In this document: piece by piece, positions 40,243 through 48,208 of the stretch
Numbering within the stretch: the stretch's first letter is position 1
Layout: each line of letters opens with the position of its first letter
From: Chthonomonas calidirosea
Lineage (GTDB): Bacteria; Armatimonadota; Fimbriimonadia; Fimbriimonadales; Fimbriimonadaceae
DNA length: 64,000 nt
Direction: 5' to 3'
NCBI GenBank assembly: GCA_945859975.1
Contig: CAMAPH010000010.1
Coordinates: 1 to 64,000, forward strand
The notes under the pieces: model-generated
What the model was told of the DNA's origin: nothing
Database searches by the model: none
What the model saw: the letters and a program-made list of their open reading frames with translations, nothing else
Program-made: the position numbers and the translations under genes

Positions 40243-41924
40243 GCCAGCGCCGGGCTCACGGCGTCGTCCTCTTGCTCAAAGGTGCCGTAATAGTAAGGGG
40301 TCCGAGACTCAAACTCACCCGCGCAAGTGTCCACCATCTTAAAGACCGGCATTACCTGCTGACGCTTGACCTCTTGTCGCACTTGCTCAAGGAACGGCTC
40401 ATCTGATACGTTCTGCGTGAGCAGGGCCCGAATCGTTGGCGACGGGAATCCGATGATAAACGCCTCGTGGATCAAGCTCGCAATGGGCTCCGTTTGCCCG
40501 AGGGTCTCGCCGGCCCGAACGAGGCGCTGCTCGATCGCCAACAATCGCTCAATCTTGCGCAAGAACCACTTATCCACCCGGCAAGTTCGGTTCACTTCAT
40601 CCACCGACCATCCGCGTCGCAGCCCTTCGGCAATCGCCCAGAGCCGCTCGTCCGTCGGCTGCTTGATCGCGTAGCGAAGGTCCTCGTCCGACATCGCGTC
40701 CGTCCCTTGGAACTTGGGATGCCGAAGATCTTTGCTCTTCACTTCCAGCCCGCGAATCGCCTTCATGAATGCCGCTTCAAAGGAGCGATCAATCGCCATG
40801 ACTTCTCCCGTGGCCTTCATCTGGGTGAACAAGGTTCGATCGCCACCAGCAAACTTATCAAACGGCCAGCGTGGAATCTTGACGACGCAGTAATCCAGTG
40901 CAGGCTCGAAAGCCGCGACCGTGGTTCCGGTCACTTGGTTCTGAATCTGGTCCAAGGTCAAGCCAACGGCAATCTTGGCGGCAACCCGGGCAATTGGGTA
41001 ACCGGTCGCCTTCGAGGCAAGCGCGGAAGACCGCGAAACGCGGGGGTTGACTTCGATGATGTAATAGTCGAAGCTCTCGGGGTTCAGGGCCATCTGAACG
41101 TTACAACCGCCTTCAATTCCTAGCGCGTTGATGATCTTGAGCGATGCCGTGCGCATCATGTGATATTCAAGATCGCTTAGGGTCTGGCTTGGCGCAACAA
41201 CGATGGAGTCTCCGGTATGGACGCCCATCGGGTCGAAGTTCTCCATGTTGCAAACGGTGATGCAGGTTCCGTTCTTGTCTCGCATCACCTCGTATTCAAT
41301 CTCCTTCCATCCGAGGAGCGAGCGCTCCACCATGATCTGAGACCTCATGGAGAGCTTGAGTCCCTTCCGGCCGATCTCCATCAGCTCTTCGGGCGTGTTG
41401 GCAATTCCACCGCCGGTTCCGCCGAGCGTGTATGCCGGGCGAATGATGCAAGGGTAAGGAACGACATCGAGCACCGCGCGCAGATCGTCTTCCGTGCCGA
41501 TGATCCAGCTTTCGGGAACTGGCTCTTTGATCTCACGCATCAGGTTGCGGAAGCTCTCGCGATCCTCCGCCTTCTTGATCGCGCTGAGAGGAGTTCCGAG
41601 AACCTTAACGTTGTATTTTTCTAGGATCCCGGCGTCTTCAAGTTGCGTCGCCAGGTTCAATCCGGTCTGCCCGCCGAGGGTCGGTAGCAGCGCATCAGGC
41701 TTTTCTCGGGCGATCACCCGCTCGCAGAAGTCGACATTCAGCGGCTCAATGTAAAGCGCATCCGCGACCCCAGGGTCGGTCATGATCGTGGCCGGGTTGC
41801 TGTTGATGAGGACCACCTCGTGGCCTTCCTCTTTCAGACTCTTGCAGGCTTGGGTTCCCGCGTAATCGAACTCCGCCGCTTGGCCAATGACGATTGGCCC
41901 AGAGCCGATGACAAGGACTTTCAT
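40239..41924 (-). CDS. carB: Carbamoyl-phosphate synthase large subunit, N-terminal half only (CarB1)
   Basis: [56 protein letters not shown]; stops at 561 aa. Confidence 0.92.
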   Translation of the reverse strand: MKVLVIGSGPIVIGQAAEFDYAGTQACKSLKEEGHEVVLINSNPATIMTDPGVADALYIEPLNVDFCERVIAREKPDALLPTLGGQTGLNLATQLEDAGILEKYNVKVLGTPLSAIKKAEDRESFRNLMREIKEPVPESWIIGTEDDLRAVLDVVPYPCIIRPAYTLGGTGGGIANTPEELMEIGRKGLKLSMRSQIMVERSLLGWKEIEYEVMRDKNGTCITVCNMENFDPMGVHTGDSIVVAPSQTLSDLEYHMMRTASLKIINALGIEGGCNVQMALNPESFDYYIIEVNPRVSRSSALASKATGYPIARVAAKIAVGLTLDQIQNQVTGTTVAAFEPALDYCVVKIPRWPFDKFAGGDRTLFTQMKATGEVMAIDRSFEAAFMKAIRGLEVKSKDLRHPKFQGTDAMSDEDLRYAIKQPTDERLWAIAEGLRRGWSVDEVNRTCRVDKWFLRKIERLLAIEQRLVRAGETLGQTEPIASLIHEAFIIGFPSPTIRALLTQNVSDEPFLEQVRQEVKRQQVMPVFKMVDTCAGEFESRTPYYYGTFEQEDDAVSPALA

Positions 41925-42036
41925 CGGGCTACAGTATACGTGGGTAGCGAAATAGAAAAATCCTGGCTTGGATTCCTGACTTCAATGATATATAATTGCG
42001 GCATTCCGGCTCCGCTGGCCGCGCCGATAGTTTCTG

Positions 42037-42720
42037 GTGTCTATGCCTATCCTCAAACCTGAACTCGCGGACGGAAAGAGCAGTGTTCGCCTGGCTCCGC
42101 GAGCCTTTTCTTTGGTCGAGTGCCTAGCGGTGATCGCCATCATTTTGATCATTGCCGCGATCCTTTTCCCCACTCTAGGCTCCGGAAAACGAAGCGCAGT
42201 TGTCACCGAAGATAAAGCTAAGCTGCATCAAATAGCGTTAGCGAGCCAACTCTATGTTGAGAACAATGGGAGATACCCAGACTCCCTTGAGACCCTAATT
42301 TCCTCCAAGCATGTATTGGCAGAGCAGTGTGTCTCTAAACTGGACCACTTTCCGGACGGCATGTCTAATGCGTATCAGCGCTTAATGGACCCCGGAACCC
42401 GGGGCACAAAGGATCGAATAAGCTTTTTCTCGATCGCTACATTTCGAATGACCTTAAAGTACTTTGAAGAAGAGCAGCAGCGATCTACAAATGTTGGCCA
42501 TTACATCTGGCCACTGGACTTTCCGCATTCGACGAATTCAGAAAGCATTGATCTTGTTGGCCCCTATCTTCGGGTGACCGACGAAGGAGCCGTGATCAGG
42601 CGAACTTTCGTACCGATTGAATTTAAGGACGAGCGAGGCAACATCGCAACTTGGACGAATTTTCACTTCTTTTTCGGGGATCCGGATGCTGAAACTAAAA
42701 AGCGGTGGGAAGCCCACTGA
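42037..42720 (+). CDS. Prepilin-type N-terminal cleavage/methylation domain protein
   Basis: RAFSLVECLAVIAIILIIAAILFP, LHQIALASQLY. Confidence 0.8.
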   Translation: MSMPILKPELADGKSSVRLAPRAFSLVECLAVIAIILIIAAILFPTLGSGKRSAVVTEDKAKLHQIALASQLYVENNGRYPDSLETLISSKHVLAEQCVSKLDHFPDGMSNAYQRLMDPGTRGTKDRISFFSIATFRMTLKYFEEEQQRSTNVGHYIWPLDFPHSTNSESIDLVGPYLRVTDEGAVIRRTFVPIEFKDERGNIATWTNFHFFFGDPDAETKKRWEAH

Positions 42721-43145
42721 ATCGCGTGCTCGCCATTGGCGTCGCCGTGGTTAGCATTGATTTACTAACCGCACTTTGCACGTTCATTCTGGAGCCGCTG
42801 ATCTCAGGACGTACAATCGCTTGGTCTGGCCTCACTTCGCCTAGAATGCTGACGATGGCCGTCGCTGCGCTTTGTGGCCTGTTGATTACTCGATACGAGC
42901 CGACGGACGGCTCACAGAAGAAGCTGGTCATCGTCTCCGTCACGATTGCATTCCTATCTATATTCACCAGCATAGCGACGCGGTTTGCTCTCGGCTCTCG
43001 TGCGCAAGATATCTTCAGCGTTTCGCTCTACACGAAGCACTTTGCCTACACGGCCTTTTGTTCCTTCGCAGCGCTCTACTTGATCAAACTTCTATGCGAT
43101 AAGGTTGAAAAAGGTCCACGAAAGGCACCTAGGGGTTACTGGTGA
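42705..43145 (+). CDS. Hypothetical four-TM membrane protein
   Basis: Four hydrophobic segments; overlaps the pilin-like gene. Confidence 0.55.
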   Translation: MGSPLNRVLAIGVAVVSIDLLTALCTFILEPLISGRTIAWSGLTSPRMLTMAVAALCGLLITRYEPTDGSQKKLVIVSVTIAFLSIFTSIATRFALGSRAQDIFSVSLYTKHFAYTAFCSFAALYLIKLLCDKVEKGPRKAPRGYW

Positions 43146-43987
43146 TACCACTCAATGAAGTCCTCTAACGCAAATTTCTCGGCGTCAAGGTCCGGTTTGA
43201 TGCCGTGGCCCATGCCAGGAACAAGTGACAGTTTCGTCCGAACCCCAAGTTTTTGCAACTTCTTCGCCGCCACCTGAGAGTGCTCGGTCGGCACCCAAGG
43301 ATCCTTCAAGCCGTGGATAAAGAAGGTCGGACACATCTTCTTGGTCACAAAGTTAAGGGGGCTGAATGCCTTGATCCCCGCCGGATACTTCGGCCCAAGC
43401 GCTTTCTGCACGATCTTATAGCTCTCTCCTTCCGGCGTCATCTTTATGCTGAGGTCGTGCAAGCCAGAAATCGAAAGGACCATCTGAACGTCGCCTTTCA
43501 CGCCGAGCCACATGCTCAAATGTCCGCCGGCACTCTCGCCGCCAGCGATGATCCTGCGCGTCGAGAAGCCGTACTTCGATGCGTTCGCCTTCAGAAACTT
43601 CACCGCGGCCTGAGCGTCCTCTAGCGGAGCTGGCCAGTAGGCCGCGGGAGAAAGGCGATAGCTAATCGTTGCCACCGCGAAATGCCGCGCTGCAAAGAAC
43701 TCTGCAAGCTGAGCCAGATCAGTCCGCTTCCCCGTGGACCATCCGCCGCCGTGAATCAGAACAATGAGCTCCGGTGCGGCGACCTTGAAGGCGTCGTTGG
43801 GTGCCTCCGGCAAGTAAAGATCCAGCCCGAGATCCCCCTTGTACTTGATCGTCTCCATTGCAAACTTCTTCTCCATGGGTTTGGGTTTGACCGTCTCTTG
43901 CGGCGAAGATTCGGCGTCAAGCACGTCGAGCGTTCCGCAACCGGTCAACAGTGCGGCTCCCACAACCAATGCCCCCATGCGATTCAT
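43136..43987 (-). CDS. Lipoprotein alpha/beta hydrolase (HSL/BD-FAE-like esterase)
   Basis: Lipobox LTGC, HGGGW, GESAGGHL, HG..D..VP, HG; start ATG 43987. Confidence 0.88.
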   Translation of the reverse strand: MNRMGALVVGAALLTGCGTLDVLDAESSPQETVKPKPMEKKFAMETIKYKGDLGLDLYLPEAPNDAFKVAAPELIVLIHGGGWSTGKRTDLAQLAEFFAARHFAVATISYRLSPAAYWPAPLEDAQAAVKFLKANASKYGFSTRRIIAGGESAGGHLSMWLGVKGDVQMVLSISGLHDLSIKMTPEGESYKIVQKALGPKYPAGIKAFSPLNFVTKKMCPTFFIHGLKDPWVPTEHSQVAAKKLQKLGVRTKLSLVPGMGHGIKPDLDAEKFALEDFIEWYHQ

Positions 43988-44004
43988 GCGGACATTGTAA
44001 AGGA

Positions 44005-45111
44005 TCAGGCCCGAACTAGGCGCATTGTCTCGACGAACTCGCGGAAATAAGGTCGCGAATCCCACGGCCCCGGCGCCGCCTCGGGGTGGTACTGAATGCT
44101 CCGAGCGTTCGCGTCGGGAATCTCGATCCCCTCCACCGTCTCGTCGTTCAAGTTAATCTGGCTGACGTTCGCAACCGTTCCGTGCAGCGACTGCGGGTCG
44201 ACCGCGTAGCCATGGTTCTGCGAGGTGATCGTTACCCGACCCGACCGCAAGTCTTTCACCGGGTGATTGCTCCCTCGATGTCCAAACTTCAACTTGTAGG
44301 TTCGTCCGCCTACCGCGTGGCAAAGGAGCTGGTTGCCCAAGCAGATGCCAAACATTGGCTTCTTGCCTAGAAGTTCGCGAACCGTTTCAATCACTGGCTC
44401 AAGTCGCTGAGGGTCACCAGGTCCGGGACTCAGCAAGATTCCATCTGGATTCCAAGACAGAATCTCCTCGGCCGAAGTCGAGTGCGGGAACACAACCGGC
44501 GCGCAGCCTTCTCGATAGAAGCGGCGAAGGATGTTGAACTTCAGGCCGCAGTCCAAAACCGCCAACCGAACGCGATCCGACTCTTCCGTCTCGTCAATCG
44601 AAACTTTGCCTGATCGTCCCCATCGGTAAGGCGACGGCGTGGACACAACCGGAACAAAGTCCAGGTCGTCGTACCGCGACGACTGACGAAGCGCTTCCTG
44701 CGCGGCTTCGAGCGTATCGGCAATCGCTCCCGTTGTAACTCCCGCCGTCCGAATCTGCTTTGTGAGAGCACGCGTATCGATGCCCTGGATGGCAACCGAA
44801 TTCCGCTCTTTCAAAAACTGGTCAAGGCTCCGATTCGAGCGCCAGTTGCTCGGGGCGGATTCTGCTTCTTTAACAATCAAGCCAGTCGGCTGCAGTCGGT
44901 CCGACTCAAGGTCGTCGTCGTTGATGCCGTAGTTTCCGATCAGGGGATAGGTGAGAATCACCATCTGCCCGGCGTAGCTGGGGTCCGTGAGGATTTCTTG
45001 GTAACCGGTCATCCCGGTGTTAAAAACCACCTCTCCGGCGGTAGACCCGCTCGCCCCTAAGGCGCGACCTTCGAAAATGGAACCGTCGCTGAGTACGAGG
45101 AAGCGTGTCAA
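44005..45111 (-). CDS. carA: Carbamoyl-phosphate synthase small subunit
   Basis: GEVVFNTGMTGYQE, GIDTRALT, SPGPGDP, FGICLG, SQNHGY, QYHPEA. Confidence 0.95.
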   Translation of the reverse strand: MTRFLVLSDGSIFEGRALGASGSTAGEVVFNTGMTGYQEILTDPSYAGQMVILTYPLIGNYGINDDDLESDRLQPTGLIVKEAESAPSNWRSNRSLDQFLKERNSVAIQGIDTRALTKQIRTAGVTTGAIADTLEAAQEALRQSSRYDDLDFVPVVSTPSPYRWGRSGKVSIDETEESDRVRLAVLDCGLKFNILRRFYREGCAPVVFPHSTSAEEILSWNPDGILLSPGPGDPQRLEPVIETVRELLGKKPMFGICLGNQLLCHAVGGRTYKLKFGHRGSNHPVKDLRSGRVTITSQNHGYAVDPQSLHGTVANVSQINLNDETVEGIEIPDANARSIQYHPEAAPGPWDSRPYFREFVETMRLVRA

Positions 45112-45143
45112 TTCAAAAGAAGAGGATACCTGCGTCGCTGGCG

Positions 45144-46229
45144 CTATTCGCGAAGGAAGTTACGAACGAGGTCGCCAACATCAATTGGCTTAGCTTCCTC
45201 GGCGGTTTCCAAGCTGAAAGGAACCGAACTTTCTGCGGGGCGATAGGTTCGGTACCGAACCGCCAGACCTTTCTCTGCCCCGCTTATAACCAAAAGCAAA
45301 TCCATCGGACGCTCCTTCCGCTCCTCACGCAACGGACTCAGCAGCCGGTTATCCAGCTCACGCAACCACCAGCCAACCTCCTCCCACATGGCATCTACGG
45401 CAAACTTGCCGGGCGTCTCGAGAACGAAGTATGTGGTCGTTCCATCGCAATGGGAAAGCGCTTTTTCAAACTTAAATGGCAAACCAGATCCCAAGTCCTG
45501 GCGAACCGGACGCAGCCGAACCAGCCGCGCAAGACCATCCATCCGCAATGAGTCTGTAAGTACCTTGCTCGGCTCACCCCTCTCGAATGCAAGATTCGGG
45601 AGGTCAGGGCGCCGCCCATGTCCCCAGGGCCAAACCAGATTTACAATTGGCTGGCCCTCCTCGTGTCGAATCCGGTTGAATTCAAGCTCCGAAAGCATGT
45701 TCAGCCCGGCGTCAATGTAGCCCCGAAGATGCTGCTCGCCATCGCCATCAGGCAACTTCGACGCCCACGACTCTCCAACGATCTGCTCAGCAGGCGTGGT
45801 ACCTAGGTCAAGGTTCGATTCCACGACTAGCGCGTGATCGAGTTGTTCTCCCGGTAAGAACGTGAACGTTTTCGTGTTCAGCCGCGGCAAATTAGCCTTG
45901 ATGGCCGTTTCTTCCTCGCTGGTCAGCTTGAAGGGCAAGCGCTGAGCAATGCCTGCCTCGTCGGAAAGTAGGCTCAAGTGGAAGTTCCAAGCCCTCGCCG
46001 GCGGCTCGGCCTTAAGTGCCGCCACCGTAAGAACTCCCGGCTCAACGACAACTTCCGTCGGTAAGCCCAGGTAACTCAACTCCGGTGTAGCCCCTTCCCA
46101 CAATGGGTTCAGGGCACGCACTTCGGATTCTCCCGCCCAGTTTCGGGCGAGCGACGACTCGAACAGGACGTCGTGCAACGGCAAGTTCGGGAGGTGAAGC
46201 ACCAATCGCCGTTGCATAGCTCTATTCAA
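45144..46229 (-). CDS. ApgM (cofactor-independent phosphoglycerate mutase)-like protein lacking catalytic motifs
   Basis: Central ApgM pattern (F.PG...H.LV, LP.GDG, N..R..EG...N.VWPWG.GR.P.LP) but no DG..D, PGSD or DH motifs. Confidence 0.6.
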   Translation of the reverse strand: MNRAMQRRLVLHLPNLPLHDVLFESSLARNWAGESEVRALNPLWEGATPELSYLGLPTEVVVEPGVLTVAALKAEPPARAWNFHLSLLSDEAGIAQRLPFKLTSEEETAIKANLPRLNTKTFTFLPGEQLDHALVVESNLDLGTTPAEQIVGESWASKLPDGDGEQHLRGYIDAGLNMLSELEFNRIRHEEGQPIVNLVWPWGHGRRPDLPNLAFERGEPSKVLTDSLRMDGLARLVRLRPVRQDLGSGLPFKFEKALSHCDGTTTYFVLETPGKFAVDAMWEEVGWWLRELDNRLLSPLREERKERPMDLLLVISGAEKGLAVRYRTYRPAESSVPFSLETAEEAKPIDVGDLVRNFLRE

Positions 46230-47703
46230 TCAGCGCAGGCTGAACTTTGCTGACCGCCGCCATTTCGCCAACTTCGGGCGGATCCTCAAAAGCCAACTTG
46301 GTCATGTCCTCGGGCACCGGAATGGGATAGTTTCCGTTGAAGCAAGCCAAGCAGTATCCGGGCTTATTTTCGCCCACTGCGTCCACCGCGCCTTCAATGC
46401 TCAGATAACCAAGTGACGTCGCCTCGAGGTCAGCCGTCAACTGCTCCAGATTCATTCGTGCCGCCGCCAATTCGCCTTTGCTTGCCATGTCGATGCCATA
46501 GAAGCACGGGAACTTGATAGGAGGAGCGGTGATGCGAACGTGAACCTCAACCGCCCCCGACTCAAACATCATCTTCACGAGCTGCTTCGTCGTCGTTCCG
46601 CGCACGATGGAGTCATCCACCAACACGATCTTCTTTCCGCGAATGTGCTCGATGAGCGGAGTGAGCTTCATTCGCACGCCGAGCTCTCGGAGTGCTTGGT
46701 CGGGCTGAATAAAGGTGCGGTGAATGTAGCGGGATTTCATCATCCCTTCTTGGAAAGGGATGCCGCTCTGCTTGGAAAAGCCAAATGCGGCAGGGATTCC
46801 GCTGTCCGGCACGGGAACAATAATGTCCGCATCTACTGGGTGCTCGATGGCGAGGTTTCGCCCCATCCGCTCTCGGACGTCGTACAGCAGTTCACCGTAC
46901 ATGTTGGAGTCTGGACGTGCGAAATAGATGAACTCGAACAGGCACATGTTTGCCTTGGCTTTCGCCGCGCCCCGGGCAAATCGCATCCCCTCAGCATCAA
47001 TAATCACCATTTCACCGGGCTCGAGTTCCCGGGTTGGCGTTCCGCCAACTGGACCAAAGGCGCAAGTCTCACTCGCGACCATGAAGCCAGTGCCCCGCGT
47101 TCCGGCCGAAAGCGGCCGAATACCGTCGGGATCGCGGAATCCGAAAAGCATTTTTGGGGTGAGTACGGTCACGCTGTAAGCACCTTTACAGCGCCGCATG
47201 ACTTCCGCGACCGCCTTCTCCGGCCCCTCGGCAAGCGCTCCAACGAGGATGCGAGCGATCAGCTCACTATCACTGCTGGTATCAAAGTGCTCCCCGGCCG
47301 CTTCCATCTCGTCGCGAAGTTCGCGGGTGTTGATCAGGTTTCCGTTGTGCGCAACCGCGATCTCGCCGACCATCGACTGGCAATAGATCGGCTGGGCGTT
47401 TCGAAGCAAACTCGAACCCGTGGTGCTGTAACGGGTGTGACCGACGGACATGTGTCCGGGCAAAGTCTCGAGGATCGCAGGAGTAAAAATCTGGCTGACC
47501 AGCCCCATGTCTCGGTGCATTCGAACGCGGTTACCGTCGCTTACGGCAATGCCAGCGCTTTCCTGCCCACGGTGCTGCAGGGCAAAGAGCCCGAAGAAAG
47601 TCGTGAGCGCTGCCTCTTGGCCCGGCGTGTACAACCCAATGACGCCGCACTCTTCTTTAGGCGAATCGTCGTCGTCCCATTGCTTGAGTTCGGCCAAATC
47701 CAT
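46222..47703 (-). CDS. purF: Amidophosphoribosyltransferase
   Basis: EECGV propeptide, LQHRGQESAG, GHTRYST, HNGNL, VDDSIVRGTT, CFYGID. Confidence 0.96.
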   Translation of the reverse strand: MDLAELKQWDDDDSPKEECGVIGLYTPGQEAALTTFFGLFALQHRGQESAGIAVSDGNRVRMHRDMGLVSQIFTPAILETLPGHMSVGHTRYSTTGSSLLRNAQPIYCQSMVGEIAVAHNGNLINTRELRDEMEAAGEHFDTSSDSELIARILVGALAEGPEKAVAEVMRRCKGAYSVTVLTPKMLFGFRDPDGIRPLSAGTRGTGFMVASETCAFGPVGGTPTRELEPGEMVIIDAEGMRFARGAAKAKANMCLFEFIYFARPDSNMYGELLYDVRERMGRNLAIEHPVDADIIVPVPDSGIPAAFGFSKQSGIPFQEGMMKSRYIHRTFIQPDQALRELGVRMKLTPLIEHIRGKKIVLVDDSIVRGTTTKQLVKMMFESGAVEVHVRITAPPIKFPCFYGIDMASKGELAAARMNLEQLTADLEATSLGYLSIEGAVDAVGENKPGYCLACFNGNYPIPVPEDMTKLAFEDPPEVGEMAAVSKVQPALIE

Positions 47704-47783
47704 CGATAAAGGGTACCAGTAACCCATTCCGCTTTCGATCTGGGGCAGCTCGACAGCTCCCGAATCGGCGGGATATCTAAATG

Positions 47784-47816
47784 AAAAGAGGCAAGCCTAG
47801 AAAAGGCTTGCCTCTT
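47784..47816 (-). terminator. Intrinsic terminator downstream of rpmB
   Basis: aagaggcaagcct / aggcttgcctctt stem with T-run on the minus strand. Confidence 0.75.
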
Positions 47817-47839
47817 AAAACTGCGTCACGCAGCAGACA

Positions 47840-48112
47840 TCAAACGTTATAGGAAGCTTTCTTCAGCCATTCCTGTGGAATGGGCTTGAGGCCGCAAGCG
47901 ACCGCGTTGAAGATCGGCGACTTGATGACCGATGCTGCAACCGTGAGGCGGTAGGTGCCGGTTGGCGTCTTGAGCCGAACGTTCTGCAGGTTTGCTTCCT
48001 GAGTTCGGTTCTTGTGCGGGGCCTTGTACTTCCAGCCCTGGGAGTGGCGGTTCCGAATGAACTTAGCCGTGGTGTTTCCCTTCTTACCTGTTACCTGACA
48101 AATCTTCGCCAT
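47840..48112 (-). CDS. rpmB: 50S ribosomal protein bL28, divergent
   Basis: MAKICQVTGKK, R...ANLQ.V, RL.V....IKS; GAGGTG Shine-Dalgarno; own terminator. Confidence 0.75.
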   Translation of the reverse strand: MAKICQVTGKKGNTTAKFIRNRHSQGWKYKAPHKNRTQEANLQNVRLKTPTGTYRLTVAASVIKSPIFNAVACGLKPIPQEWLKKASYNV

Positions 48113-48208
48113 CTCAATCACCTCGTGTCTCCCGACAGAGGAATGAGAAGATACCTGAAGCTAACTTAAGATGTCTACCGCCATGCCTATTTTCGGTATG
48201 GTGAACGA

